This document shows positions 63,250-63,342 of a stretch of 63,342 nt of DNA, piece by piece. The translations under genes were made by a program, and so were the position numbers. The notes under the pieces were generated by a model. It was not told the DNA's origin. It saw only the letters and a list, made by a program, of their open reading frames with translations, and made no database searches. Source of the stretch: Phoronis australis (Eukaryota > Animalia > Phoronida); the NCBI GenBank assembly GCA_002633005.1, contig NMRA01000586.1:102536-165877 (forward strand). Reading direction: 5' to 3'. Within the stretch, counting starts at the first letter, position 1. Every line of letters begins with the position of its first letter.

Positions 63250-63342
63250 TGTAAAATACTAAAATTGCCACTAGAGGCAAATACTAAAATTGCCACTAGA
63301 GGCATACCGGTAGTCAGAATCATCCTAAAGTCGTCATCGTCC
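63250..63342 (+). mobile_element. Second, truncated copy of the Helentron-like family at the window end
   Basis: AAATTGCCACTAGAGGCATACCGGTAGTC resembles 229-258 (AAATTGCCACTAGGGGGCACACCGGTAGTC); contains a local ~25-bp tandem duplication. Confidence 0.6.

Overview
This is eukaryotic (animal, most likely invertebrate bilaterian) genomic DNA, not prokaryotic, so most short ORFs in the supplied track are spurious. Two protein-coding genes are supported, and they converge tail to tail. (1) A 16-exon, + strand gene (ATG 20190, stop 47111) assembled by hand from GT-AG exons with consistent phases (2838 nt, 945 aa). It encodes signal peptide, TSR1, Cys-rich module, spacer, a ~257-aa Arg/Ser-rich linker, six TSRs and a PLAC domain, i.e. 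an ADAMTSL2-like secreted matrix protein. (2) A single large coding exon on the - strand (55581-60407, 1608 aa). It carries a minisatellite-like array of 12 C-x4-C-x12-H-x3-C zinc fingers, two C2H2 fingers, and SIM-, PxVxL- and AT-hook-like motifs. This second gene is the best candidate for something undescribed. The rest is intronic/intergenic DNA rich in non-autonomous DNA transposons: Helentron-like repeats at both window ends, several CA..TG MITEs with 5-bp TSDs, a long-TIR element with a 9-bp TSD nested in another repeat, and a 2.1-kb TTAA-flanked Kolobok-like relic with THAP and KolX-like remnants. There are also micro/minisatellites and a 1.1-kb tandem duplication around an N that is probably an assembly artefact. 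No CRISPR array, rRNA or convincing tRNA gene was seen. Family assignments rest on recalled motifs, not on database searches.
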